NCBI GenBank assembly: GCA_033762915.1
Contig: JANRLD010000005.1
Location: 8,568-72,567 of the forward strand
DNA length: 64,000 nucleotides
Direction of reading: 5' to 3'
From: Meiothermus sp.
GTDB taxonomy: Bacteria > Deinococcota > Deinococci > Deinococcales > Thermaceae
In this document: positions 61,888-64,000 of the stretch, one piece after another
How the letters are laid out: the number at the start of each line of letters is the position of its first letter
How positions within the stretch are numbered: the stretch's first letter is position 1
The notes under the pieces: model-generated
The model's input: the letters and a program-made list of their open reading frames with translations, nothing else
Told to the model about the DNA's origin: nothing
Database searches by the model: none
Position numbers and translations under genes: made by a program

Positions 61888-63996
61888 TTAGTTGGTAATC
61901 TGCAGGGTCCGGCCCAAGCTGTTGTAGCCGGTGTTGGCCTCCCAAAGGTTCAGGTTGGCGAGGCGGATGGCGTACTCGGGGCGGCCGGCCAGGGTGGCGT
62001 AGGCGTCCGGCAGGTGAAGGAACAGGGCGTAGGTGCCGGTGGGGATGCCTGCGGGCAGGGGCTGATCGAGGGTGACGGTCTGGGTGGTTCCGGCGTACCA
62101 GCGGCGGGGGTCGGTGTTTAGGCTCAGGGTGAAGACCTGCTGGGTAGCGGTGTTGCGCAATACCAGCCGTACCGGGCGGGGGTTGAAGGGCGCAGCGAAG
62201 CCTCGGTTGGCCACCTGGAAGCTGAGCTGGAGCCGATCGGTCAGGCGGATTTGGCCGAGGGCGGTGGACTGCAGCAGCACCAGGCGGTAGCCCAGGCGGT
62301 TGCGGATGGTGTTGTAGATGCCCCAGGTCTGCCACTGGGCCAGGCTGCCGAAGTCGTCGGCCAGCCAGCTCCAGTTAAATCGCTCGAGTTCGGCCAGTTG
62401 GCCCGAGGCGGTGCGGCGGTCGTAGGGGTCGTAGCCGGAGGTGGGTACGTCGCTGCACATCTCGCCCCCCACCGGGATGAACCGGGTGAAGCCGCCCAGG
62501 TAGGCCCTGTCCAGGTCGCGCTGGGGGTTCTCCCAGGCGTAGGTGCCCGCATCGGACTGGTTGAGGAAGAGGCAGTCGTTGTTGTGGCCGATGCGAGAGA
62601 GCACCGGGTCGGAGGCGGCCTGGGTCTCGGTGATGCCGGCCGGAGCGAACTGGCGCAGGATCGCCACGGTGCGCAACTGGATCTTGCGGTCGGTGGGCAG
62701 GGCCGCAACCAGGGCGTTGAAGATGCTCTGCTGGTTTGCGGGGGAGGTGAGGCCGTTGCTGCTGGCGTGCCACTCGCCCCAGGCCCCGATAAACCCGCCC
62801 TGGAGTACCGCGATCACGTCACTAAACTCGCGCAGCAGCGGGGTGAGCTGCTGGATGTGGCCCAGCACGACGTTGAGCGGCGCGTCCGCCTCGGTCTCGC
62901 TCCAGCTATACCAGAAGCGTAGCGAGACCTTAAGCCCGGCGCTGCGCACGGCGATAAAGCGTGCCCGCAGGTTGTCGAAGTAGGTGGAATCTATGGAGCG
63001 GTTCTTGTAGTTTTGCAGGCTGACATAAGCCTGAATCATGCTGTAGCCCTTGGCCCGCTGGCCCGGCAGGTCTACAAAGGCCAGGGCCGTGCTGCCGATG
63101 TTGTGGCCGATCTGCCAGCCGCTGCGAAAGCCGCGCTCCGGGTTGATGATATTTTCGTCTGACTCGCTGTAGGTGACGGTCTGGGCAGTGGCGGGCGGGG
63201 CCGGGTTGAAGCTGGTGTTGCGCATCACGCTGATGTCGTCGTAACGGCAGATCCCCCCCTCGGCATAGACCACCAGGGCGGTGGTGCCGCTGGGCAGGGT
63301 GAAGGTGATGGATTTTTGGGTGTAGGTGCTGGAGGTAAAGGGGATGGTCTGGTTTAGGCCCACGGCCGTGCCCACCCTCGCAATGACCCCTACCTGGCAC
63401 AAGCCCGAGGTAAAGCGGCCCATGGCCTGCAGGCGGTACTGCCCCCCGCTCACGATCCCGCTGGGGTTGAGGCTCTGCTCGAGCCGGCCGCTCCACAAGC
63501 TAATCGCCGTGCCCGGCGGGCGTGAGACCAGGGCGGGAAAGCCCCTTACCGTGGTCCACCCCGCCAGCTCCGTCTCGAAGTTCCCGTTGATCACCATCTC
63601 GGGGCCGTAGGTGGGGGTGTTTTGGAGGTTGAACAGGTCCGAGTTATCCCCCGAGATGCTGCTGCTGGTGTCGGGTTCAACCACCACCGGGCTGACGCGG
63701 GTAGGCTCGAGTGACCGCTCCAGCCGGAGGCTCTCGCCCGCCCCGACCTCGAGCTTGAGTTGTTCCTGGTCGTAGCCTTCTGCCGAGAGGGTGAGCCGGT
63801 AGCTACCGGGGGGTAGTTGGAGGCTCTGGCTTCCGGTCAGGCTCTTTTCCAGCGGGCCGCTGACCTGGACGGCGGTGTGGCCGGGGGTCAGCTCGAGCAC
63901 CAGCGTGCCTGAGGGGTCGGCGGGCGTGCTGGAGGGCGGTTGCCCGCCGCAGGCCGCGAGCCAAAGGATGCCCAAAAGGAATACTCCTCTAAACAA
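61888..63996 (-). CDS. Lipoprotein with PEGA-like, CBM-like and DUF4874/DUF4832 glycoside-hydrolase-like domains; start may lie beyond the window
   Basis: Lipobox LAAC; LPPGSYRLTLSAEGY; NGNFE..GW; NPERGF, GFIGAWGEWH, HNDC, LGYRL and GFAAPFNPR motifs. Confidence 0.8.
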   Translation of the reverse strand: MFRGVFLLGILWLAACGGQPPSSTPADPSGTLVLELTPGHTAVQVSGPLEKSLTGSQSLQLPPGSYRLTLSAEGYDQEQLKLEVGAGESLRLERSLEPTRVSPVVVEPDTSSSISGDNSDLFNLQNTPTYGPEMVINGNFETELAGWTTVRGFPALVSRPPGTAISLWSGRLEQSLNPSGIVSGGQYRLQAMGRFTSGLCQVGVIARVGTAVGLNQTIPFTSSTYTQKSITFTLPSGTTALVVYAEGGICRYDDISVMRNTSFNPAPPATAQTVTYSESDENIINPERGFRSGWQIGHNIGSTALAFVDLPGQRAKGYSMIQAYVSLQNYKNRSIDSTYFDNLRARFIAVRSAGLKVSLRFWYSWSETEADAPLNVVLGHIQQLTPLLREFSDVIAVLQGGFIGAWGEWHASSNGLTSPANQQSIFNALVAALPTDRKIQLRTVAILRQFAPAGITETQAASDPVLSRIGHNNDCLFLNQSDAGTYAWENPQRDLDRAYLGGFTRFIPVGGEMCSDVPTSGYDPYDRRTASGQLAELERFNWSWLADDFGSLAQWQTWGIYNTIRNRLGYRLVLLQSTALGQIRLTDRLQLSFQVANRGFAAPFNPRPVRLVLRNTATQQVFTLSLNTDPRRWYAGTTQTVTLDQPLPAGIPTGTYALFLHLPDAYATLAGRPEYAIRLANLNLWEANTGYNSLGRTLQITN

Positions 63997-64000
63997 GTTC

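Overview
GC-rich (roughly 68-70%) chromosomal window from a Thermaceae-like bacterium. A Meiothermus/Calidithermus-type lineage is inferred from gene content, not proven. Housekeeping content includes trx-ccdA, recJ, a 3723-aa TamB/AsmA-like protein with four 909-bp internal repeats, paaABCD behind a PaaR box, a peptide ABC importer, ndh behind a Rex box, pyrR-pyrB-pyrC with a PyrR attenuator, pyrE, a glucose-1-P thymidylyltransferase, a LacI/sugar-ABC/glucosidase locus, hisG, nth, a pentaheme cytochrome/DOMON cluster, CueP, two DUF2334-like lipoproteins, a PP2C phosphatase and a DUF4832-like lipoprotein. The best candidate for an undescribed system is at 33.0-38.3 kb. Two paralogous MalT-derived regulators (degenerate NTPase, helical/TPR-like middle, wHTH/BTAD-like end) are followed by an unannotated convergent 35-aa ORF: a signal peptide plus GGGGTGVGGGG. 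The second regulator has a low-GC C-terminal two-thirds and GCAACCT repeats in 11-bp phase upstream. This suggests a peptide-receptor signalling cassette in a diderm thermophile (inference). Other notable signals are a nested MITE family that abuts stop codons, a strong CTCGAG excess, and a probable pseudo-enzyme paralog. All calls are by eye; no searches were run.
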